The position numbers and the translations under genes were made by a program. Positions 10,000-18,158 of a stretch of DNA of 64,000 nt are shown piece after piece (position 1 is the first letter of the stretch; every line of letters starts with the position of its first letter). The notes under the pieces were generated by a model that made no database searches, had not been told where the DNA came from, and worked only from the letters and a program-made list of their open reading frames with translations. The stretch comes from an uncultured Spirochaetota bacterium (GTDB taxonomy: Bacteria > Spirochaetota > UBA4802 > UBA5550): NCBI GenBank assembly GCA_963827275.1, contig CAWHAA010000005.1, positions 480,001 to 544,000 on the forward strand. The letters run 5' to 3'.

Positions 10000-11043
10000 A
10001 TGGCAAAAACTAAACCTGCGTTTGGTCCCGCATGCCTTGTTACGGGCGGATCGGGATTTCTTGGCCGCGCCCTCACAAAAGCCCTGCTCGAACGGGGCTG
10101 TACCGTGCATTCCTTCGACATACGGCCCGGCACGGACCATCACCCCCGCGTCAACTATTTTACCGGGGACATCAGGGACTACGGCGCGGTCCGCGCCGCG
10201 ACCGAGGGGTGCGCCACGGTCTTCCACTGCGCCGCCGTGATGAACTTTCTCGGCATCTGCCGTCCGTCGGTGCGCCGCGAGGTGTACGGCATCAACGTCG
10301 CCGGCACGGAAAACGTCATCAGGGCCTGCCGGAAAGCCGGCGTGAAAGCGCTGGTCTACACGAGCTCGCATTGCGTCTGCTTCGATACGAGGCCGGTCAT
10401 CGCCGGCGACGAGTCGAAGCCCTACGCGAGGCGCTATCTCGACCTGTACGGGGAGACGAAGAGCGCCGCGGAGAAGCTCGTCCTTGCCGCGGACGATGAG
10501 GGCGGGCTGCGGACCGCATCGCTGCGCCCCGGCGGCCTGTGGGGCTCTTCCGACGACTGCTACATGTTCGCCAAGTTCATACAGCAGCTGGTGAATGGAA
10601 AGCTCGTTGCCACCATCGGCTCCGCCGACGCCGTCATCGACAACACCCATGTCGACAACCTCGTCCAGGCCGAGGTCCTCGCCGCCGAGGCCCTGGTGAA
10701 AAAACCGGGGGTCGCCGGCGGACAGGCCTATTTCATCGTCGATGACGAGCCGATGAACCTGATGCAATGGTTCCGGCCCCTCATCGAGGGACTCGGCTAC
10801 CGGTTCCCGAAGCGCTCCATTCCGGCCCTGCCGATGTACGCCCTCGGGTTTCTTTCGGAATGCCTGCATTTCATCGGCGGCCCCCGTCCCTTCATTACGC
10901 GGCTCGAGGTGCACAACCTCACCGCGAAATTCACCTTCCGGCAGGACAAGGCGCGCCGCGATCTCGGTTTCAAGCCGATCATCGGCTGTGAGAAAGGGAT
11001 GAAGGAATGCATCGAGTTTTATAAAAAGTATATTACCAATTAA
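10000..11043 (+). CDS. 3beta-hydroxysteroid dehydrogenase/Delta5-Delta4 isomerase family (extended SDR, Rv1106c/AcmA-like)
   Basis: LVTGGSGFLG, VFHCAA, INVAGTENV, VYTSS, DLYGETKSAAEKLVL (YxxxK), RPGGLWG, DNTHVDNL, GQAYFIVDDEPMN and KARRDLGFKP closely follow the sequence I recall for the M. tuberculosis cholesterol 3beta-HSD. Confidence 0.85.
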   Translation: MAKTKPAFGPACLVTGGSGFLGRALTKALLERGCTVHSFDIRPGTDHHPRVNYFTGDIRDYGAVRAATEGCATVFHCAAVMNFLGICRPSVRREVYGINVAGTENVIRACRKAGVKALVYTSSHCVCFDTRPVIAGDESKPYARRYLDLYGETKSAAEKLVLAADDEGGLRTASLRPGGLWGSSDDCYMFAKFIQQLVNGKLVATIGSADAVIDNTHVDNLVQAEVLAAEALVKKPGVAGGQAYFIVDDEPMNLMQWFRPLIEGLGYRFPKRSIPALPMYALGFLSECLHFIGGPRPFITRLEVHNLTAKFTFRQDKARRDLGFKPIIGCEKGMKECIEFYKKYITN

Positions 11044-11150
11044 GAAAAGACCGGGGATGAACGTCCGCTCGTATTGGAATCAGCTGGCCCGATGATCAGA
11101 GGGCCTGACGGCGCGGCACAACGGCCGCACAGGAAGAGGAGCAAGCCATC

Positions 11151-12851
11151 GTGAACGTAAAACAACCAGGCAGCACCAACCAGCAGTGGGACGAGGAATT
11201 TGACGTGGTCGTGGCGGGGTTCGGCGGCGCCGGTGCCTGCGCCGCCATTGAGGCGGCCGACCGGGGGGCGCGGGTCCTCGCTATTGACCGCTTCGCGGGC
11301 GGGGGCGCCACGAAAATGAGCGGCGGGGTGATATACTCCGGCGGGGGAACGAGGCACCAGAAGGCGGCGGGCTTCCGCGACACCCCGGAAAAGATGTACC
11401 GCTACATGATGCGGGAAATGGCGAGCAATCCCGCCTCCTCCCGTGTCGATGATATCGACCCCGCGGCCGTCAGGACCTTCTGCGAGAGGAGCGCCGAAAA
11501 CATCGACTGGCTCGAACGGCTGGGCCTGGTGATCCCCGAGACCTATTTCCCCGGCAAGACCAACCAGCCGCCGGGCGGCTTCGGCCTTTATTTTTCAGGA
11601 AACGAAAAACAGTATTCAGATAAACATTCCCACATCCCGCGGGGCCACGTCCCCATGGGGAAGGGCATGTCGGGCGGCTTTCTGTATTCGACCCTGCACA
11701 GGGCGGCGCTCGACCGCGGCGTGACCGTGCGCACCCGGTGGCGCTGCGAAAAGCTCGTGACAGACGGCAGCGGCGCGGTGACCGGCATCGAGGCCCTGGC
11801 ATTGAGCCAGTCGGCATTCGCCGGGGCGCTGCACGGGCTCCTGTACAATCTCGGCTTCATCAGCGGCGCCGCCCGGAAGCTCCTGGGCCTCGTGGAAAAG
11901 AGGTTCGGCACAACGGTCCGCATACGGGCCCGGGGGGGCGTGGTAATCGCCGCCGGCGGGTTCGTATATAACAGGCGGAAATTCAGGGAATACGCCCCCG
12001 CCTACGGCGGGTGCCTCCCCCTCGGCACCGCGGGCGACGACGGCAGCGGCATGGAGCTCGGCCTGGGCGCCGGCGGGGTGCTGAGCTCCGTCGACGTGTG
12101 CGCCGCCTCGCGCTTCATCTATCCCCCGGTCGCCTTTGTCTCAGGGCTGCTCGCGAACATTGAAGGGAGGCGCTTCTGCGACGAAAGCCTCTACGGCGCG
12201 AGCATAAGCCGCGCGGTAACGCAGCAGCCGGGGCGCCGCGCGTACCTCGTCATCGATTCATCGGTCCACCGGGACGGCGCGTCGCAGACAAGCAGGGAAG
12301 AACGGCTCGGCACCTCCATAAAAAGCATCCTCATGGGCGAGATGAACCATATCATATACCGCAAGCTCACCACCTTCGTGAACCTCCACCTGAACCGCAA
12401 AAAATCACGGACGATTGCCGGCCTCGCACAAAAATGCGGGATCCCCCCGGAAGCGCTGGTGCGTACCGTTGAATCGTACAACGCGCAGTGCGCCGCGGGA
12501 GCGGACCGGGCGTTCGGGAAGGCGCCCGGCCTTCTCCGCACCATCGGGACGCCCCCCTATTACGCCATAGACTGCGGGATCGAAACGCTGATGTTTCCCA
12601 GCCCCTGCCTCACCATGGGCGGCCTGAAGGTGAAGGGACTCACCTCGCAGGCGGTCAGGGCCGACGGCTCGGTCATCCCCGGGTTGTACGCGGCAGGACG
12701 GAGCGCCGCCGGCATCTGTTCCCGCTCCTACGTGAGCGGGTTTTCCCTTGCGGACTGCGTTTTTTCCGGCAGAAACGCCGGGGCCCATGCCGCGGCGCAG
12801 GCGCGCAAAAAGGCCGCTGCGCCGGGCCGGAAAAAAAAGAGGCCCTCATGA
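11151..12851 (+). CDS. FAD-binding 3-ketosteroid dehydrogenase family protein, most like 3-oxo-5alpha-steroid Delta4-dehydrogenase (TesI/Kst4D type)
   Basis: WDEEFDVVVAGFGGAGACAAIEA, DRFAGGGATKMSGGVIYSGGGT.HQ..AG..DTPEKMY.Y, GLYFSGNE, GRRFCDESLYGA, CLTMGGLKV, GLYAAGRSAAGICSRSYVSG.SLADCVFSGR.AG. Confidence 0.75.
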   Translation: MNVKQPGSTNQQWDEEFDVVVAGFGGAGACAAIEAADRGARVLAIDRFAGGGATKMSGGVIYSGGGTRHQKAAGFRDTPEKMYRYMMREMASNPASSRVDDIDPAAVRTFCERSAENIDWLERLGLVIPETYFPGKTNQPPGGFGLYFSGNEKQYSDKHSHIPRGHVPMGKGMSGGFLYSTLHRAALDRGVTVRTRWRCEKLVTDGSGAVTGIEALALSQSAFAGALHGLLYNLGFISGAARKLLGLVEKRFGTTVRIRARGGVVIAAGGFVYNRRKFREYAPAYGGCLPLGTAGDDGSGMELGLGAGGVLSSVDVCAASRFIYPPVAFVSGLLANIEGRRFCDESLYGASISRAVTQQPGRRAYLVIDSSVHRDGASQTSREERLGTSIKSILMGEMNHIIYRKLTTFVNLHLNRKKSRTIAGLAQKCGIPPEALVRTVESYNAQCAAGADRAFGKAPGLLRTIGTPPYYAIDCGIETLMFPSPCLTMGGLKVKGLTSQAVRADGSVIPGLYAAGRSAAGICSRSYVSGFSLADCVFSGRNAGAHAAAQARKKAAAPGRKKKRPS

Positions 12852-13684
12852 AACTGCAGGGAAAAGTCGTACTGGTCACCGGCGCCTCGACCGGCATCGG
12901 CAGGGCGGCCGCTCTGGAATTCGGCAGGGAGGGCGCCCGCGTCGCGATAGCGGCCCGGCGCAAGGAGCTCCTCGACGGGCTCGCATCGTCAATGGACGGC
13001 GCCCTTGTCCTGAAAACGGACCTCGCGGATGAACGCCAGGCCCGCGCCATGGTGGATGCAACCGTGCGGCATTTCGGCAGGATCGACATACTGGTGAACA
13101 ACGCCGCGACGAGCATCGTAGAAAGCTCGGACCGCGTCACGAGAGAGGACCTCGCCCGCGCTTTCACGGTAAACCTCCTCGGCCCCGTCACCGCCTGCCA
13201 GCAGGCCTATACCTACATGAGGAAACAGGGAAGCGGCCACATCATCAATATCGGCACCCCCGGATTCATGATCGGCGTTCCCTTTTACGCGCCCTATGTA
13301 TGCTCCAAGGCGGCGTTCTCGGCCTGGACGAGGACCATCCAGGGGGAATGGGCCGACGCGGGAATCGTCGTGAGCGAATATTTCCCCGGCTATACGGAGA
13401 CCGGGGCCGTGGCCGAGTCCGCGCGCGGCCCCGTACCCATGGACCTCGTCATGAACCGGGGCAAAGGCTTTCTCGCGCGGTACTTCTCGGGCGCGCGGAA
13501 CGGCGCGGACATAGCCAGGGACCTTGTGGCCCTGGCGAAGCGGCCCCGGCCGCTCATGTTCTCGACCTTCATGGAGCGCATCGCCGCCTTCGTGGCCAAC
13601 GTGCCCGCCGTCAGGCTGCCGGTAACGAGGCGCATGGCCGCGACGGCCAGGAAGAAACTCGCTGAAGGGGATAGCCATGTGTGA
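12848..13684 (+). CDS. Classical SDR oxidoreductase
   Basis: TGASTGIG, ILVNNA and YVCSK (YxxxK). ATGA overlap with the upstream stop. Confidence 0.92.
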   Translation: MKLQGKVVLVTGASTGIGRAAALEFGREGARVAIAARRKELLDGLASSMDGALVLKTDLADERQARAMVDATVRHFGRIDILVNNAATSIVESSDRVTREDLARAFTVNLLGPVTACQQAYTYMRKQGSGHIINIGTPGFMIGVPFYAPYVCSKAAFSAWTRTIQGEWADAGIVVSEYFPGYTETGAVAESARGPVPMDLVMNRGKGFLARYFSGARNGADIARDLVALAKRPRPLMFSTFMERIAAFVANVPAVRLPVTRRMAATARKKLAEGDSHV

Positions 13685-14546
13685 CCTCTGCATGAAACAC
13701 GGGGCCGGCGGCAAGTGGTACCTGAACGCCGAGCACTATTCCAATGAGATCGTGGAGAAGTACAACCTGCGGGACTTCCTCATGGAGCAGTACAAGAATT
13801 TCGAGCAGATATCAGTGCGCAAGATCCACGGCTTCAACGCGGTGGGGATGGGATACAAGCTGCGCATACCCCTGATCGGGCGGATCGTGAAACATACCGC
13901 GGAAAAGATGCTCCACAGCACCAACCCCCCGACGAACCCTTTCAAGGCGGAAGGGCATATCGGCCAGGTGATCCCGCTTGAGGACGCCATAGCGATCCTG
14001 GAAACCTGCGCCGCGGAGCCGATCATCGAAAAAAACTGCATGTGCCGCTACATGTCCCGCGGGGTCAAGGACGCCTGCTGCATCAATTTCGGCGTCATGT
14101 CCGAGATCGTCGACAAGCTGCCGCGCTTCATCCCGGAAAAGGACAGGTATTTCCTCACCCGGAAGCAGGCGGTCGAGCGCTTCCGCGAGCACAACAGGAA
14201 AGGCTACATCGGCACCATCTGGTTCGGGCCGTACCCTTACATCAACAACCTCTGCTCCTGCGCGAACCCGGAGTGCGCGGGCCTCAGGCCCCGGCTCGAT
14301 TACGGGATCAAGTCCATCTTCAAGGCGGAATACATCGTCCACCACCACGAAGAGGAGTGCGCCGGGTGCGGCGCCTGCGTCAGGTTCTGCCAGTTTGGCG
14401 CCATCGAGCTCGACGCCGTACGGAAAAAGATTACCATTAACATGGACAAGTGCTTCGGCTGCGGCCTCTGCAGGCATGCCTGCAAGCACGACGCCATACA
14501 CCTGGTGCCGCGCGACGAGGTCCCCGGGCATGAAAAGGACTACTAG
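13677..14546 (+). CDS. Cys-rich 4Fe-4S binding protein
   Basis: N-terminal MCDLCMKHG.G.KWY, CMCR, CCINFG, LCSC..PEC, and two C-terminal CxxCxxCxxxC ferredoxin motifs. Overlaps the SDR stop. Confidence 0.85.
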   Translation: MCDLCMKHGAGGKWYLNAEHYSNEIVEKYNLRDFLMEQYKNFEQISVRKIHGFNAVGMGYKLRIPLIGRIVKHTAEKMLHSTNPPTNPFKAEGHIGQVIPLEDAIAILETCAAEPIIEKNCMCRYMSRGVKDACCINFGVMSEIVDKLPRFIPEKDRYFLTRKQAVERFREHNRKGYIGTIWFGPYPYINNLCSCANPECAGLRPRLDYGIKSIFKAEYIVHHHEEECAGCGACVRFCQFGAIELDAVRKKITINMDKCFGCGLCRHACKHDAIHLVPRDEVPGHEKDY

Positions 14547-14561
14547 ATTACGCCCCCCGTC

Positions 14562-14585
14562 CCCTTCGACAGGCTCAGGGCACCG
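14562..14585. repeat. REP-like short palindromic element CCCTTCGACAGGCTCAGGGCACCG
   Basis: Matches the CCCTTCGACAGGCTCAGGG intergenic repeat type that I recall from many bacterial genomes. Single copy in this window. Confidence 0.55.
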
Positions 14586-14641
14586 CCCCGATGGGGGCAC
14601 GTATGAAAAAACGACAGGAAAGCAGCTGACAGGTGCGTGAC

Positions 14642-14914
14642 ATGAAGGAAACCATAAAGGGAAAGACGAAGATCACCATAGATTACAAAAAATGCGGCGA
14701 TGGCGTCGGCGTCGATCCCCGGGAATGCTGCGCCTGCCTGCGCCAATGCGAGCCCGCGGTCTTCCTGCTGCACCAGACCCTCGGCGCCGTCGAAGAAAAT
14801 CCCCATGACCCGAAGCGGTGGCGCGTCACCGCACTCTGGCTTGATCTCTGCACCCGCTGCATGAAATGCGTCGAAGGATGCCCCGCCGGGGCCGTTACGG
14901 TGACATGGCGTTGA
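14642..14914 (+). CDS. Small ferredoxin-like protein
   Basis: C..(insert)..CCACLRQCEP and CTRCMKCVEGCPAGA. Start is ATG 14642 or GTG 14633. Confidence 0.8.
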   Translation: MKETIKGKTKITIDYKKCGDGVGVDPRECCACLRQCEPAVFLLHQTLGAVEENPHDPKRWRVTALWLDLCTRCMKCVEGCPAGAVTVTWR

Positions 14915-14951
14915 CGCACCGACGGAAGGTGCGGCGCGGCGGGCATGATGC

Positions 14952-16088
14952 TTATTCAGTTGTATGTATGGTGCGAAATTTTTTCGGAGAGACCCCGGTA
15001 AGCCTGTTGAACCAGTCATAGAAAACAGTGGTGGAATTGAAGCCAACGGCAAAGGCGACCGAAATGACGGTGCGGTCCTTCTCCGAAAGAAGCATTTTCT
15101 TCGCCTCTTCTATCCGGTATTCATTGACGAATGAATTGAAGTTCTTATTGAAATTCTCATTGATGATCTGGGAAAGCTGGTAGGGCTCTATTGAAATCTC
15201 CCTGGCCAGGTCGTTCACCGAAAGGTTCTCGTCAAAGAATATTTTTTTCTCCTCCATGAGCGACTTTAAATTCGAGATCACGTTCGCGATATCGAGGTTC
15301 TTGATCTTTGAAATTTCATAGCGCCTTTCTTCTATCTGCGTATGCAGCAGCTTGAAGAAATTGATGTTCTTTTTTTCCATGATAAAAACGACAAGGGTAA
15401 GAAAAAAGGAGATCAAGGTCAGGGCCTGGATACTCCTGTAAAAATAGTCCCCCGGATTATCCATCATGGTAATGGCGATCATGCTCGCGAAGAAGATGAT
15501 CTCAAGCGGAAAGCTGATAAGTATGATTACCAGGAGATAGGGCGACACCTTTTTTTCCCTGATCAGCGTGATATCCAGCATGAAAAAGCATTCCCGTATA
15601 AAATATGCCATGTATCCCATGAGGCATAGTATCACCGCCACGAGCAACCCGGAATAATATCTGAACAGCATGGTATCGCTGGTAAAATCAGGGGTGCTCG
15701 TGATGAACGACAGTTTCACGGCGGGATCCATCGCAATCAGCGGGATCAGGAGCGGGACTATTAGTATTCCGCAGGCGAAATGGAGGTAATCCACCGGCCT
15801 GAGCCTGAAAGAGTCATTATTTGCCGATTTGAACGTCAGAAAAAAAAGCGGTCCCATCCAGGCCAGAAACGGGAGGTGCCAGAAAACAAGCCAGGAATAA
15901 TAATATGAGCTGAGCCTCAGGACGATGAAGAGACCGTCCAGCAGCTGGAGTATGCCGAGGCAGAACATGAGCCCGGCGAACACATAGTGGTACGTCTGCT
16001 TGTCATTCTCAAGGACCAGTCCGAGGGCAATGGTCAAGGACATGAACCCGCCGAAAAATATGAAAAAAATGCTTACCTGGTCGAACAT
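14952..16088 (-). CDS. Membrane-anchored AraC-family regulator
   Basis: Same architecture as 6989..8110: TM helices, HLPFLAWMGPL, then DENLSV..LA..ISIEPYQLSQIIN..FNSFVNEYRI...SVAFAVGFNS. Confidence 0.92.
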   Translation of the reverse strand: MFDQVSIFFIFFGGFMSLTIALGLVLENDKQTYHYVFAGLMFCLGILQLLDGLFIVLRLSSYYYSWLVFWHLPFLAWMGPLFFLTFKSANNDSFRLRPVDYLHFACGILIVPLLIPLIAMDPAVKLSFITSTPDFTSDTMLFRYYSGLLVAVILCLMGYMAYFIRECFFMLDITLIREKKVSPYLLVIILISFPLEIIFFASMIAITMMDNPGDYFYRSIQALTLISFFLTLVVFIMEKKNINFFKLLHTQIEERRYEISKIKNLDIANVISNLKSLMEEKKIFFDENLSVNDLAREISIEPYQLSQIINENFNKNFNSFVNEYRIEEAKKMLLSEKDRTVISVAFAVGFNSTTVFYDWFNRLTGVSPKKFRTIHTTE

Positions 16089-16543
16089 GACGATATCCCT
16101 GCACCTGCCGCTTAGTCGCAAACGGTCACTATCATTATTATCTATAATAACAAATAAATCAATACCGCTCCATGGCGGACTATAAAAAAATCGCCGGGAC
16201 GGGCACCGGGGAAAGTATTTTTTCTGATATCAATTCTGTGCTTTTTTCTGCATCAAAAAAATACGCTCAATCATGAAAAATAATGACACAATGTCAGATT
16301 TGCATGAAGTACTGAATATGAAGATTACACATTCTATAAAATATCTTCTAAAACGCCCGGCATGTCTGTTCAAGGGCGGTGAAGGAACCGGGCCTGCCGC
16401 AAACGCCGGTCCGCACGGTCGTCAGGAAGGCACTCAACAGGTATGTCGAAAACGGGTTATATAAAAAGATAACGCGCTCTTATTTGAAACGCATGCGTCC
16501 CGTCTCGTCCGCATTACGGGACGCATACATCCCGCCATCGCAT

Positions 16544-17017
16544 CTATTTTCTGTACGATATCGTCTGGTCCTTCTTTACGCCGAACGCATTTACCTCCCG
16601 GTGCGATCCGAGAAGGATATTGATCATGTTCCCTTTTATGCTGCGGCCGGTATCCGCGACGACATACTCTTTGCCGTTATAGGTTACGATCGACCCCATG
16701 GGAATCACGCTGGGGTCGGCAGCGCAGATGTTTTTCCCTTCGGCCAGGAGCTTCTTCATCCGTTGCCCGGAGGACACCCTGCCTTTCCATTTCGCGGTAT
16801 TGCATTTTGCGCAGGGACAATAGGCATACACCGTGACATCCAGCGTCCCCCCGGAACGCACCAGGTCCGGCATCTTCGCATCGCAGCCGAGGATCCCGCC
16901 CTTTGCGTCCTTCCCGTCCTTTGAGCATCCCGAGCACCCGGAGGTCCCTGACGCGAAAAGCATGACAGCGGACAGCAGCGCGCACGCATACAAGGCCCTT
17001 TTATGTTCTCTTTTCAT
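16544..17017 (-). CDS. 3D-domain (lytic transglycosylase-like) lipoprotein
   Basis: Signal peptide ending SGC, then VTVYAYCPCAKC, ICAADPSVIPMGS and VADTGRSIKGNMINI. The third Asp of the 3D motif is replaced by Asn. Confidence 0.85.
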   Translation of the reverse strand: MKREHKRALYACALLSAVMLFASGTSGCSGCSKDGKDAKGGILGCDAKMPDLVRSGGTLDVTVYAYCPCAKCNTAKWKGRVSSGQRMKKLLAEGKNICAADPSVIPMGSIVTYNGKEYVVADTGRSIKGNMINILLGSHREVNAFGVKKDQTISYRK

Positions 17018-17346
17018 TCCATTCACCTCTCCCTGTTGTCCCCTCAAGGCACGGCATCTTCCCGCCGATGCCCGCCTGGCAATAATTTTTAATGGAAACC
17101 AGTATTTTCCTTCCCATACAGGCTTGATGGTTTTCCCCCGGTGAGTCAAGGAAATTTTCTATCCAACGGCGCCCCCGCCGTAGAACGCTCACGCATAAAA
17201 TACTTGCATCCCCGCATGGATCATGCCATACGTATCACAGGCGCCGGTCCTGAACAGCCATGGCCGCGCAGCGCGGGTCACGGTCGGGCGGCGGGGACAA
17301 CGGGACAGCGTACGCCCAGCGGCGGTTGACCAGAAGGGAGGGTACA

Positions 17347-17883
17347 ATGAAACATGTGGTCTTCATCCTCACGGCCATCGCGTTAGCGGCGGCCACACAA
17401 CGAGTATCGGCGGGGACCGGTGACAGCCCCGCATGGAACCCATCATACGGCATCACGCAGTCATCTTACGGCATGCCGGCCATGGCCGGCACCGATGCAT
17501 TAACGGGAACGGCGGCGCGGCCCCTCTCGGCGTCCACGGTCGGCCTGATGCATAAAATACTCGGCTACACGACCGCGGTGCTGGCCACCGCCAGCGCCAT
17601 AACCGGGTTCGCCGCTCCGCAACACCTGGCGCACTCCATCACCACCTATTCAACCGCGGGGCTGGCGACCCTCACTATGATAACAGGATACGCGGCCTAT
17701 GCCGACGTCATCACGTTCAGGGGAGGCGTTACCACGCAGAATTCGCACGTGGTCCTCGGCACCCTGTCCACGGTAGGCCTGATTACCAGCGCGATCATCG
17801 GCGGCATGAACGTGAAACACTGCGCGCCGGGCATCATCTCCGGCGTGGTCCTGTATGCCTCGGTGATCGTGGTGCATTTTTAG
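17347..17883 (+). CDS. Exported/membrane hypothetical protein with four His-bearing hydrophobic helices
   Basis: GGGAGGG RBS and signal peptide, then MHKILGY, AHSITTY, SHVVLG and KHCAPG, each at the start of a hydrophobic segment. Confidence 0.7.
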   Translation: MKHVVFILTAIALAAATQRVSAGTGDSPAWNPSYGITQSSYGMPAMAGTDALTGTAARPLSASTVGLMHKILGYTTAVLATASAITGFAAPQHLAHSITTYSTAGLATLTMITGYAAYADVITFRGGVTTQNSHVVLGTLSTVGLITSAIIGGMNVKHCAPGIISGVVLYASVIVVHF

Positions 17884-18158
17884 GTCCCCGCGCCATTAAT
17901 AAAATGACGCCTGTCGGGGCCAGTGCGCACCCCGCCGCCAGGGAGGCGAGCCAAAACGGGAGATCCCATGCGTGCGCGGCATAGACCTATACAATTATAT
18001 AGTATTTCCCAACATTAGTGTAACCTCGTCCCTGACGCATGCATCTAACCAATGAGCGTATGTTATATTATGTGATTTTTTTTCAAAAATGTATATGCGA
18101 AAAATACTAATATGTTGCACAACGGTATTGTTGAAAATTTATTCTCCCGGACGTAACG

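Noticed and set aside
12488..12847. N-terminal extension of the SDR ORF
   Set aside because: It lies inside the flavoprotein gene. The true start is the ATGA-coupled ATG at 12848.
16273..16924. + strand ORFs 16273..16464 and 16379..16924
   Set aside because: They have no motifs. The longer one is antisense to the 3D-domain gene and the shorter one lies in AT-rich promoter DNA.
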